From: an uncultured virus (IMG/VR IMGVR_UViG_3300014205_000018)
Lineage: Duplodnaviria > Heunggongvirae > Uroviricota > Caudoviricetes
DNA: 64,000 nucleotides
Virus record (IMG/VR): IMGVR_UViG_3300014205_000018
Strand: one strand, 5' to 3'
The notes beneath the pieces were generated by a model that was not told the origin of the DNA, made no database searches, and saw only the letters and a program-made list of their open reading frames with translations. Shown here piece by piece: positions 19,001 through 26,796 of the stretch; position 1 is the stretch's first letter, and each line of letters starts with the position of its first letter. The translations under genes were made by a program, and so were the position numbers.

Positions 19001-21739
19001 TTCAAGGGCGTCACTGACAAGGAAGTTCGTCAGATCGTGGCCAACGCCCGTCAGCACGTCATGGAGGGCACACCCGGTGGCAAGCCGCCGTCGGGGCCCA
19101 AGGGCACGGTCTATCGCAGCGGGCAGAACACACTGGCTGACAAGGTCATCGCCCGCAAGACGTCGTTCAAGGAGCGCATCGGCAGCAACCTCTCCCTGGC
19201 CGCCGAGATGCTGGGCGTCGACATGCGGGCACCGCTGGAGCGCGCGCTGCGCATGGGTAACTCCAAGGTCGCCCAGCAGGCCATGTACCTCGTGCGCAAG
19301 AACGACGCGCGGATGAATCAGGTATTTGCGGTCCTGCAGAACGGTGCGCTCAACCTCAAGACCGATGCCAAAGGCAACTACGTCGTCGAGGCCGGCGGCG
19401 GCCCGGCAGTGGGGGATGTGTTCAAGGCGATCCAGGCCATGCCCGGCACCAATGCCGACGCCAAGATGCGCGATGCCCAGATGTATCTGATCGCCAAGCG
19501 GGCGCAGACGGTTGGTGTGAACAAGTTCATGCGCGGCAAGTTCACCCAGCAGGAGATCGCTGACGAGCTGACCCGCCTCACCGCTGATCCCAAGCAGAAG
19601 GCTGCACTGGAGCGTGTGGCGTCTCTGTACAACGACTACAACAAAGGGCTGATCAACTTCCTCGTGCAGTCCGGCTACATGGAGAAGTCGCACGCAGCCA
19701 AGCTGATGCAGTCCGGCAACTACGTCCCGTACTACCGCGTCGCCGACAACGGCAAGGCCACGCTCGAGATCGACAGCGACACGATGATCGTCTTGGGTGA
19801 CATCCGCAACCAGCCGTACCTGAAGGAACTCAAGGGCGACGATGAGATGATGCTCCCGCTCAACGAGTCGATCGTGCGCAACACGATGCTGCTGACCGAC
19901 ATGGGCATGCGCAACCTCACGACCAAGAACGTGGCGTACGCGCTGCAGGAGCTTGGCGCTGGTAAGGGTACGCCTGGGCGCAACGGCCGGGCGACCAACG
20001 TCATGGATATCGTCAAGGGTGAGGGGCCGGCGGATGCGCGCACGCTGCGCTTCAAGATCGACGGCAAGGACTTCTTCACGATCATCGACACCAAGGGTAC
20101 GGCGGCTGAGGGTATTCCTGCGGAGATGTTGGCCAAGAGCATGGAGGGCACGCACCTCGTGATGCCGGCATTCCTCAAGGCAGCCGGCTGGTTCGGCGAT
20201 GTGCTGCGCTCCGGTGTGACGCGCAACCCGATCTACGTGGCCCGGCAGTTGTTCCGCGACCCGATCGCAGCGAGCTTCACCGGCGGTCTGGACCGCGGCC
20301 CCCTGATGGCCATCGGCAAGAGCGTTGCAGAGTTTGCCCGTGCATCGGCCGGGCGCAGCCCTGGCGCTGACATCCTGATCCGCAAGGGCGTCACCCAGAG
20401 TCAGATTTTTACCGGCGACCCGGACGATCTGGCCAAGATGGCCCTGCAGCTCGCGGGCAACGACAACACCGCACTGCAGAAACTGTTCGCCATGGCTGAC
20501 CGCGCCGCGATGCGCGCGGATGCCGCGACCCGTGTGCAGCTGTACAACGACGTGCTGGCCAAGACCGGCTCGGAGATGGAGGCCGAGCTGGCCGCCATGG
20601 AGATGATGAACTTCCACAAGCGCGGGTTGGCGCCGACGGTGCAGTACGCATCGCGGATGATCCCGTTCTTCAACGCGCAGATTCAGGGTCTGAACGTGTT
20701 GCACAAAGCCATGACCGGCAAGATGACAGCACAGGAGGCGATGGGCATCAAGCAGAAGTTCTTCGACCGCGCCATGTTGCTGGCCGCCGGCACGCTGGTG
20801 TACGCCATGGCCATGGAGGACGACGACACTTACAAGAACGCACGCCCAAGTGAGCGGTACAACTACTGGTTCGTGCCACTGTCGCGCGGCCCCAAGCCCG
20901 AGGACAACGTGACGCTCAAGCTACCAATCCCGTTCGAGATCGGCGTGCTGTTCAAGGCCATCCCCGAGGCGCTGATCGATATGGCGCGGGGTAACTTAGG
21001 CGCCAAGGAGTGGGAAGCAAGCCGCAACCTCGTGTTGAACCAGATTCCTGGCGCCAGCTCGTACGGTCTGCCACAGATGGTGCGTCCGCTGATCGAGGTC
21101 GGCACAAACCACAACTTCTTCACCGGCCGGGAAGTCGAGGGCACCGGCATGCGCAACGTCGACCCGCAGGAGCGGTTCACAGCGCGTACCACAGAACTTG
21201 CCAAGCGCCTGAGCGAGATGGCGCAGATGTCGCCAGTCGATGCGCTCAAACTGTCGCCCCTACAGATTGAGCATCTGGTGCGCGGATACATGGGTCAGCT
21301 CCCGATCGCGGTGGCTGCGGCCACCAACGAGTTGTTTGGTAACCCTGCTGCTGGCCAGCCTGCCGGCAAGCTGAACGAAGCGCCATTGGTGGGCGGGTTG
21401 TTCCAAGACGTCAACGGCGGAGGTGCCGCCGATGCCCTGTACGCCAAGATTCGCGCCGCAGATCAGGCCAAGGCGACGTTCGAGAAGCTGAAGAAGGAAG
21501 GCCGCCAGCAGGACGCGATCCTGTACCGGGACGATGTGTTGAACATCTTGTACTCACCGATGCTGCAGCAAGCGGAGAATGGCCTGCACAAGCTGGCCCA
21601 GGACGAGAAGAAGATTCGTCAGGCGCCAGTAACCGCACTGTCTGCAGAACGTAAACGGGAGATGCTGGACAGCATCGCCGCGCAGCGCACCGCGCTCAGT
21701 AACCGATATCTCTCCGCCGTGGGGATGGTCGCACGGTAA
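13037..21739 (+). CDS. Large polyvalent internal virion protein (2900 aa; zincin-like HExxxH region, LPD38-like C-terminus)
   Basis: GLFDP..KVYLVA...AHEVAGHYGL; IPFFNAQIQG, KLPIPFEIGVLFK, LSPLQIEHLVRGY motifs. Confidence 0.75.
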   Translation: MPYSITLPDGSSVDNIPDELDPKEAARRIAAAHPELMGQIPGGGAGPKGGFMPAMKASWEDLKGGLAAVAGKTGWMTPEEAEAQQARNKAEAERVFKPTDKGWFDAPGTKIAELGGQSLPWMVAPIAVGSAAALGGVPAAVGIGLAGLTSAAQFTGSNLQRQQGTGKRLADTDFGAAALASVPQAVLDMVGFKMIPGIRQIFAAAGKELTPKMAAEIAKKGMGSVAADYVKATGKAMTAEGLTEAGQQVFERLQAGLELNDPQARKEYFDNFVGGAVLGGALAPVGRFRERGQEQMQQAQIEQAEQAKADAAAQAQKDQEKQQLEAQRQDPAYAQQVAEDYKATEEQYRAMKPAKLGANPTEADRIAHKEANRAAEDFRKETLLPKAEEFNLVRPALQAQQAEAFKAAGAQADAAAYRQNANKAEDSGETTGAGDAVLQQMIADRTAAYQERNAAVEAAKKAVAAGDIQAAKQAQDAAAAANQRGSAIDKQIGGRSGNNTTIAPADVTGQLTRLQKQYGVALQSGKVQQADALLAQIGKLTEQAKAQQALLQQSPNVQTQMVEDQETQGQDGPLTNTPTPPVTPQAPFRPQATPMLDQTINMRGETAPGRPRETYRKPGPDAQRQITEQNTAPETDATQQQPLFEELPTPVAQGADKTTQLLTQIQQLQARPNMPANTKASLDNLANVLQNPNLATSPARERIVADIAEQVYRVANIGEGAAPQINTREGVRGELTNKQQQLNALREKLAGQKSARAKDAALLRRSDQYQPQDTPQATQQQIDALQAEMQQLAQQLRQTTSTQTVPVEQRAVKPVYIPQGEKGLTKKQQASPEPTQADIAGQTPKTSRTFSPGYTGVGEVGYVNQEPRTEQTVSPTRTAASTQTTDTTLAPSGSKMPTTSTSAKVETRAAPKATGSVGSDLTLARDIDEQALELSPADQQTFDFWDTVYGVGTPAYEKVRQAEALVTRIDAELDAAEKLRTEKNRTHNEVIKKEKDRQGALRGEPGVDLQPLDDSSIIDDATKEARAKADAAYEAARADEQAAQDAYNKSMADLLKRAGQAQEDSIVSYLTKPRDAVEQQVNEAAGALIDVLGRKRNLTSDVETARDSVASLLGTESLSPADVKVYLKNKPAFEQAVGPEMADTFETVVRLKAALDTDQRLSDVKAEYEQEQAKLDKAKDRVAEAGAARPPRRTLLQATKQALDASTTTVAEITKRAEAARKQLESARALRREVIAAADDMRTGKVSKLQEQQEVLRADIVNLSDQLDAIAQSVDSVNSAVAADVDLLLKYPGAMRALEDRFDFSSAVLSGLETEGVSSPKLETQLAGMSLATQRAEQVKHDRRMQTLTREQSAWQRVLDSDTASDVAKGKAKRALREVNSEIAALETDYKQRTLDADEATLTNSAGMRNARAADAAIRQQRDRLNTAYESLVSQVRAAQSMLVPPNKENERTADTAGIPAAKRPATVPDNTDAKRKRGLLMLLSTIDAQEQEKLDAAIDKAGENVAAERRAFDRTEGAALPESYFQAADAYDRAVAAKRSYMEDRRKLEVRQLELAKDIMALPKEEYQALVQSEQDGTPLDQPSAGLTAVAKQLEQRPMLRPEPTRAETAEEVALQAFKDRLSTVTNAGGLRKERGALESARDDLIERAEAGEHGGDVVPLPTRMLSSKMVPRQEARRTLLLAKARPISAKIKAINDRLEQLREGGTTTQPTERELQGNVFEVFAAEQGRTRNQRQGAVVRKAVVAGDQRTGSPESRAGTNKTGTRNKVQETSAPRSPTAKQAMREGNAIAKKLRAESALDDIYADETYDSNTGPVYRTATTAGAGMKSAEVTRLANRVMEGWTNTPPVDVVETEADLPQRLQDQAAKDKMTGKIPGLFDPDTGKVYLVAENLHTGQDVAMTIAHEVAGHYGLRSMMGDQYAPTMNRLYNGNSDIKAKADAKMQVSPDLSREVAVEEALAEMAEQGNVGALKQIYHAIKAWIAQKLGFKGVTDKEVRQIVANARQHVMEGTPGGKPPSGPKGTVYRSGQNTLADKVIARKTSFKERIGSNLSLAAEMLGVDMRAPLERALRMGNSKVAQQAMYLVRKNDARMNQVFAVLQNGALNLKTDAKGNYVVEAGGGPAVGDVFKAIQAMPGTNADAKMRDAQMYLIAKRAQTVGVNKFMRGKFTQQEIADELTRLTADPKQKAALERVASLYNDYNKGLINFLVQSGYMEKSHAAKLMQSGNYVPYYRVADNGKATLEIDSDTMIVLGDIRNQPYLKELKGDDEMMLPLNESIVRNTMLLTDMGMRNLTTKNVAYALQELGAGKGTPGRNGRATNVMDIVKGEGPADARTLRFKIDGKDFFTIIDTKGTAAEGIPAEMLAKSMEGTHLVMPAFLKAAGWFGDVLRSGVTRNPIYVARQLFRDPIAASFTGGLDRGPLMAIGKSVAEFARASAGRSPGADILIRKGVTQSQIFTGDPDDLAKMALQLAGNDNTALQKLFAMADRAAMRADAATRVQLYNDVLAKTGSEMEAELAAMEMMNFHKRGLAPTVQYASRMIPFFNAQIQGLNVLHKAMTGKMTAQEAMGIKQKFFDRAMLLAAGTLVYAMAMEDDDTYKNARPSERYNYWFVPLSRGPKPEDNVTLKLPIPFEIGVLFKAIPEALIDMARGNLGAKEWEASRNLVLNQIPGASSYGLPQMVRPLIEVGTNHNFFTGREVEGTGMRNVDPQERFTARTTELAKRLSEMAQMSPVDALKLSPLQIEHLVRGYMGQLPIAVAAATNELFGNPAAGQPAGKLNEAPLVGGLFQDVNGGGAADALYAKIRAADQAKATFEKLKKEGRQQDAILYRDDVLNILYSPMLQQAENGLHKLAQDEKKIRQAPVTALSAERKREMLDSIAAQRTALSNRYLSAVGMVAR

Positions 21740-21923
21740 ACAGCACCCCGAGCAGGCGATCGTGTATCCCTGCTCGGGCGTCGAGCTTGGCGCTCAGTCC
21801 CAGTAGCTTGTGCCCGATGCGTAGCCCCTCAAGCCGGGTTGTTTCCGGGTCCAGGCTGGGTACGAAAAACGACTCGCCGCCGGCGTGCTGGTGCCACGGG
21901 TACTTATGGCTCAAGGTCTTCAT
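21696..21923 (-). CDS. Conserved phage hypothetical protein
   Basis: YPW...GESFFVP motif; last gene of the leftward arm, overlapping the convergent giant gene. Confidence 0.6.
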   Translation of the reverse strand: MKTLSHKYPWHQHAGGESFFVPSLDPETTRLEGLRIGHKLLGLSAKLDARAGIHDRLLGVLFTVRPSPRRRDIGY

Positions 21924-24783
21924 TGCGCTGGCTGATCTTCAGGCACACGACGCGCAGCGATGGCCCCTTGGTCTTGGCCAGCAGGTCCTTGCGAACCTCT
22001 GTCACAGAAGACCGCGTCTGCAGCTCCTGCACGAACTCGATGTAGCTCTTGTTGCGCTTTGCGCAGTACTCCTTGAGCAGCCGGACCTCGATGTAGAAGT
22101 CAGTCCACCCTGGCACCGCGTCGTACTCGACCCGCCCACGGACCGATCCCTTGGTGCTGTCCGGCCGCACCTCGCGCCCATCAGCGAAGATCGCCATCGT
22201 TGCCGACGGCGCGGCCAGCTTGACGAACCCACCATGGTGTTCTCGCACGAACGCGTTCAGCAGATCGCTGGCGTACTGCCGGTTGGTGTTGATGATGCGC
22301 CGAGCCTCCTGCACCCGCAGCTTGAAGAAGTCCTTGATCGGGCTGAGCGGCACCTTGAGTATGTTGGCGTGCTGGGGGCCGATCAGGTGTAGCGCGGCCA
22401 GGGCCGACGCGGCGCCGGCGGTCCAGAATCGCTCCTCGTCTGGTGCATGCACCAGCTCCCGCCACTTCTCAAGTGCGTCTGCCACAACAACCTGTGCCAT
22501 GACTTGGTTCTGCACCAGCCACTGGGCCCAGACCTGACCGGCCACGCCGAAGTTCTTGTTCAGGAGCTGCAGCGTCTCGCGCTCGTCCACCGCCCACTCC
22601 AGCCGCTGGCCCAGGCCGCGCCACTCCAGCAGCCGGTACGCCTCACCGTTCGAGGTCGTGTCCCTGGCGCCGAGCAGCGCCTCCATCACTGGCGCGTTGG
22701 ACGTCAGTATGCTGTTGGACTCCCAGTGCAGGTCGTCGCGCATCTCCGCGTTGGACGCACCCATGCCCTTGAGCTTGTGCCCGCCTTGCGAGAAGTCGAA
22801 GATGTGGTTGGGCATCCACTCCCCGTTGCCGGCGCGCACCTTGTTCGTGACCTCGTCGATGTTGAGCGGTAGGCTGCCCAGCATGCCGGCGCGCTGCAGC
22901 ATCGTGCGCTCTGACGTGGCAGGTTTGACGGAGAAGTTTGTGGGATCACCCCAGACCGAGTTGCTGATCGACAGCGCCAGTGTCTTGCCGATGCCCGACT
23001 CCTTGCTGGCGATGTGGAACGTGAACGCGCGGGACCCGGCCGGCGTGAAGTGCTTGAGCGCCGAGCCAAAGCTCATCGCCATGCAGGCGATCTGACCCCA
23101 CAGCCCCTTGCGCATCAACATGCGCATGACACTGGCCCAGTCTTCGATGGTGCCGCGGGGCGTCGTCACGCTGATCAGGTTGGCCAGCCGGTTGGAAGCG
23201 AAGGTGTGGTGATCACCGTCTTGGCGGTACGTCGTGTCCCCAAGCGCGAACGACCCATCCGCTTGCCATCCGTAGTTTGGCGGCACGATCATGGCGTTGT
23301 CCACTGTGCTGGCTTCTGCAATACACGCACGCACATAGTTGAAAAGGTTCTTGTCGTTGCCCGCGCCGAACGAGGCCACGATATTCTGCGATGCCAGTGC
23401 GGTGGCGGTAGCGTCCTTGTTGGACACCGCTTTGTTGGGGATCACGATGATGTTTTTCTTGCCGTTGCGGATCGCCATGAAGCGCGTCGAGTAGACGCCG
23501 TCTTCGACCATCGTGTCGAGCATGAAGAAATCGAACGGCAGCAGCATCTTCTCGATGGTGTTGGCCTGCTGCGTCTTGGCGTCGATCTCGGTCTCTTGGA
23601 AGAACACGCCCCCTTGCCGGCCAAATGAAAAGCCCCGTGGCGGTACGGGGCGGGTAACTGTGTGCTGTAGGTCGTCGTCACCTACCTCGATTACCGACTC
23701 TGTTGTCACAACATCCATGACCCTGCCCAATGCGAGCGGGTTCGTGATCTTGCCCCAGTGCACGCACGCCGTGCACACGCCGGGATTCTCTGCATCAAAC
23801 TTGGCGCATGGGTACGGGCCCTTGATCTCGGACAGTTTTGTTTGCATGCGTGCCGTATCGTACGGGTGCATCTGACTGAGAACCGTGGCAGCCTTGAGCC
23901 CGTCGGTGCAGGGCTTGGCTATTGACAAACATGCACGCCACAATGGCTCCAGCCCGTCCTGCTGCGCGTTGTCGATGTAGAACTTGATCTGCCCGCAGCC
24001 TGTGCCGGCGACGGTCTTGGTCAGGATATCTTTGAACCGGACTTTGCTGTTCGCCAACAGTGCAGTCGCCACCGCGCTCATAGGCCCGACGATCGGGGTT
24101 CCGGTAATGGACGATAACGCCGGTACTGGCGACTGCACGTTTGCTGCTGGTGTCAGTTTCGACAAGCACGTGGCTATATCTGTGAGTGAGAACGTGCCGC
24201 CGATGTTGCGTAGCGTGACGGTGCGCTCAGGTGTGTACTTGCGGTTGCGTGTACCGGGCATGCGCAGGACCCGTGCAGAGTCGATCGTGACACCGTAGTC
24301 GATCTTGAAGCCCAGCGCGTACGTGGTCCGTTTCAGTTGTTCGGCAACCACCTTCCACGCAGCGGTGGGGACATCCTTGTCCAGCGGCCAGTACACGTGC
24401 ACACCGCCACCAGAGTCCACCAGCCAGGGCTGCCCCAACGCATCGAGACCGGTGTCCGACAGGAATTTGTGCAGCGCAACAATGGCGCTGCTCTTGGATG
24501 GGTACGCTTTTGGTTGACCTTTGTCGTTCACGCCGCAGTCGATATCGGCGAAAAAACAACGCATGTACTGCGCGTTGATCTGCTGGCGGCGCCCAGCGTT
24601 GTCGTAATTGGCCAGCGCCATGTAGACGTTATGCCCGACAGTGTCGAGCAGGTCCGTGTGCCGATACAACTCCTCCTGCGTGTCGACGAACTTGTGCGTC
24701 GGAGGGGTGCCAGGGTCTATTGTTGCAAGACAGTACTTGCCTGTCGACGGTAGCACCGCCGACAGGAATACATAGGGCTCCAT
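21904..24783 (-). CDS. Primase (AEP/RepB-like) fused to a DUF927-like ATPase/helicase
   Basis: FADID and SGGGVHVYW primase motifs, RVLRMPGTRN; Walker A ESGIGKT and Walker B LNIDE. Confidence 0.8.
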   Translation of the reverse strand: MEPYVFLSAVLPSTGKYCLATIDPGTPPTHKFVDTQEELYRHTDLLDTVGHNVYMALANYDNAGRRQQINAQYMRCFFADIDCGVNDKGQPKAYPSKSSAIVALHKFLSDTGLDALGQPWLVDSGGGVHVYWPLDKDVPTAAWKVVAEQLKRTTYALGFKIDYGVTIDSARVLRMPGTRNRKYTPERTVTLRNIGGTFSLTDIATCLSKLTPAANVQSPVPALSSITGTPIVGPMSAVATALLANSKVRFKDILTKTVAGTGCGQIKFYIDNAQQDGLEPLWRACLSIAKPCTDGLKAATVLSQMHPYDTARMQTKLSEIKGPYPCAKFDAENPGVCTACVHWGKITNPLALGRVMDVVTTESVIEVGDDDLQHTVTRPVPPRGFSFGRQGGVFFQETEIDAKTQQANTIEKMLLPFDFFMLDTMVEDGVYSTRFMAIRNGKKNIIVIPNKAVSNKDATATALASQNIVASFGAGNDKNLFNYVRACIAEASTVDNAMIVPPNYGWQADGSFALGDTTYRQDGDHHTFASNRLANLISVTTPRGTIEDWASVMRMLMRKGLWGQIACMAMSFGSALKHFTPAGSRAFTFHIASKESGIGKTLALSISNSVWGDPTNFSVKPATSERTMLQRAGMLGSLPLNIDEVTNKVRAGNGEWMPNHIFDFSQGGHKLKGMGASNAEMRDDLHWESNSILTSNAPVMEALLGARDTTSNGEAYRLLEWRGLGQRLEWAVDERETLQLLNKNFGVAGQVWAQWLVQNQVMAQVVVADALEKWRELVHAPDEERFWTAGAASALAALHLIGPQHANILKVPLSPIKDFFKLRVQEARRIINTNRQYASDLLNAFVREHHGGFVKLAAPSATMAIFADGREVRPDSTKGSVRGRVEYDAVPGWTDFYIEVRLLKEYCAKRNKSYIEFVQELQTRSSVTEVRKDLLAKTKGPSLRVVCLKISQRNEDLEP

Positions 24784-24792
24784 GTGAGCCCC

Positions 24793-25032
24793 TTATCGCG
24801 CTTTGAGCGTGCTGATTACCTCGCGCACGACATGCTCATACGCATTCGTGACGGAGCCGCCGGCGAACCAGTTGTAAACGGTCGTGCGCGACGCGCCAGT
24901 TTGCGCGGACACGTCGATGACAGATACGTCCTTGGCGACGGCCAGCTTCCCAAGCTGAATACCGAGCGGCATCTTCATCGTCGGCCCCTTGTGTTGCGCG
25001 AGGTTCTGTTTGATCTTCGGTGAGTATGACAT
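24793..25032 (-). CDS. HTH DNA-binding protein (Cro/XRE-like)
   Basis: SVIDVSAQTGASRTTVYNWFAG helix-turn-helix. Confidence 0.75.
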   Translation of the reverse strand: MSYSPKIKQNLAQHKGPTMKMPLGIQLGKLAVAKDVSVIDVSAQTGASRTTVYNWFAGGSVTNAYEHVVREVISTLKAR

Positions 25033-25089
25033 ATTAACCTCGAGTTGTGGATAGGCAGGCGAGACCCCGGCAGTTAGCCGGGGCCCAAC

Positions 25090-26097
25090 TTACTCGTCGT
25101 CCCACTCGCTCAGGGTCTGTGCCAGTGACGTCGTTGCCGGCACACGTGTTGCCGTGGCAGGCGCCGCCGCGCGTACGGTTGGCTCTGGAGGCGCCGCTTC
25201 CTCCTCGGGCGGCAGCGCTGCAGGTGCGGCTGCGCGTGGCTTGCGTGCCTTGGTGGCTGCTGGTGCCGGTGCGGGCGGCTCATCATCCTCCTCGGGCGGC
25301 AGCGCAGCGGGCTTTGCAGGCTTGGTGGCCTGGGGTGCTGCCATCGGTGCCGGGGCAGCGACTGCAGTACCTGTATCCACATGACCCGGAGTCATGGAGA
25401 TCGCCTTGAGCGCGTCGGGGGTTTTCCCTTGGTCCTGGCAAGCCTCATGCTCCTCGGCCGTCAGCCACCGCATGGGCTTGAAGAACAGCTTGGGCACAGG
25501 CGAGTTCGTGTCGAACTTGAGCCGGGTGATCAGGTGCGTCACGTCGATGCCTTGGGCATACATGTACCGGACATAGTCCTGCAACGGTCGGTTCTCGCCC
25601 TCGGCCTTACCGAAGATCGACGTAGCGGCAAGACTCAGCTGCATCACGTCACCCTCCATGTCGTTGGCCAGCACGACAGCCATCAGCTGGTTGAAGCGGC
25701 AGGCGCGCGACTGGCCCTGGCCAGACCCAGCGACGTTCTGCGGGCAGGTTGCGCACGTGGCGCCTTGCGGCTGCTTGATGCTGCCATCGGGACGGTCGCC
25801 ATCCGCCGACCAGCATGCTGGTGCCGTGGCCTGACCCTCGACGTAGCTGCCAGCGTAGAACACGCGCGACACCTTGGGCGCCGCGTTGACGAACACAACG
25901 TCCAGATAGCGATCCTCGATCGAGGTGACCTCCTTGCCGTCCACGATGAGGCGGAACACACCGCCCTTGATGGACAGACGTTTGCCAGATGCACCACCAC
26001 CGGCCAGGGCCTTGGCGATTGCGGACAGTTCGCCTTGCTTGGCATAGGCGGGGCGCATTGCGCCGGGATTGAAAACAGTAACATTACTCACGTGCAT
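25090..26097 (-). CDS. Putative single-stranded DNA-binding protein
   Basis: Replication-module position, CxxC motif, Pro/Ala linker and acidic-aromatic tail EWDDE. Confidence 0.6.
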   Translation of the reverse strand: MHVSNVTVFNPGAMRPAYAKQGELSAIAKALAGGGASGKRLSIKGGVFRLIVDGKEVTSIEDRYLDVVFVNAAPKVSRVFYAGSYVEGQATAPACWSADGDRPDGSIKQPQGATCATCPQNVAGSGQGQSRACRFNQLMAVVLANDMEGDVMQLSLAATSIFGKAEGENRPLQDYVRYMYAQGIDVTHLITRLKFDTNSPVPKLFFKPMRWLTAEEHEACQDQGKTPDALKAISMTPGHVDTGTAVAAPAPMAAPQATKPAKPAALPPEEDDEPPAPAPAATKARKPRAAAPAALPPEEEAAPPEPTVRAAAPATATRVPATTSLAQTLSEWDDE

Positions 26098-26106
26098 ACT
26101 CCTTGT

Positions 26107-26331
26107 TTAAGAAACGATTTCCCAGTCCTCAGCGAGGACATCTGTCTGACTTGCCAACCACGGAACCAGATCACCTTGCGCGGTGTACATATAGATGTAC
26201 GGCAGGGTCATCTTGCTGTTTACGTCAGGGGTCTGCAGCTTCAACCACATCCCCTTGCCGTTCCACCCACTGCGGGCAACACTGTTGCCCAGCTTCAACG
26301 CCTTGATGGCGCTACCGAAGTCCATAGTCAT
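26107..26331 (-). CDS. DUF2829 protein, Tad2-like putative anti-defence sponge
   Basis: MDFGSAIKALKLG..VARSGWNGKGMW...PW.ASQTD.LAEDW is the DUF2829 signature. Confidence 0.8.
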   Translation of the reverse strand: MTMDFGSAIKALKLGNSVARSGWNGKGMWLKLQTPDVNSKMTLPYIYMYTAQGDLVPWLASQTDVLAEDWEIVS

Positions 26332-26735
26332 GATGCTTTCCTCACTGATACATCTACTTCCGTCATGGTGTTGAGACCTGGGGGCACAACACCGGGGTTG
26401 TTCTCCAGAAACTCGCTCATGTTCTTTTGCGCAATGCGCTTCTCTAACAGGTCCACGGCATCGTGATCGATAATGAATCGCTTCATCGCATCCCAATCCT
26501 GCGCAACGTAGCGCGTCTTTGTGGATAACATGATCGTGCCGTGGTCGGTCTTGGCCGTCTTCAAGCCAGTGGTCTGCATGATGTCCTTCATCGCCATCGC
26601 AACTTCCTGCTGCTTGAGCTTGAGGGTCTCTGCCTCGGTCTCGTACGCCTTGGTGATGACGCCAAGATGCGTGCGGATTTTCAGGTACACCTTGGCCAGC
26701 TTGTCCAAGGTAACGTCGTTCACTTCAGTTGTCAT
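26328..26735 (-). CDS. Conserved phage replication-module protein
   Basis: KVYLKIR...DWDA...LLEKRIAQKNM...PPGLN; AAGGAG RBS. Confidence 0.7.
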   Translation of the reverse strand: MTTEVNDVTLDKLAKVYLKIRTHLGVITKAYETEAETLKLKQQEVAMAMKDIMQTTGLKTAKTDHGTIMLSTKTRYVAQDWDAMKRFIIDHDAVDLLEKRIAQKNMSEFLENNPGVVPPGLNTMTEVDVSVRKAS

Positions 26736-26756
26736 TGTTTGCTCCTTATGTGTGCT

Positions 26757-26794
26757 ATCGTACATTAGATTCAGGACTTGTCAAGAACTTGACA
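26757..26794 (-). promoter_or_regulatory. Sigma70-like promoter (TTGACA-16-TACGAT) overlapped by a TGTCAA-N4-TTGACA palindrome
   Basis: Minus-strand TTGACA 26784-26779 and TACGAT 26762-26757, upstream of ATG 26735. Confidence 0.6.
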
Positions 26795-26796
26795 AA

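Noticed and set aside
16826..20704. 1292-aa minus-strand ORF and other long antisense ORFs (e.g. 57903-59711, 7419-8705, 41970-43241)
   Set aside because: Shadow frames of GC-rich genes on the opposite strand, with no recognisable motifs
25065..25083. Hairpin ccccggc-agtta-gccgggg as an intrinsic terminator after the SSB-like gene
   Set aside because: No U-tract on the transcribed strand; function cannot be supported
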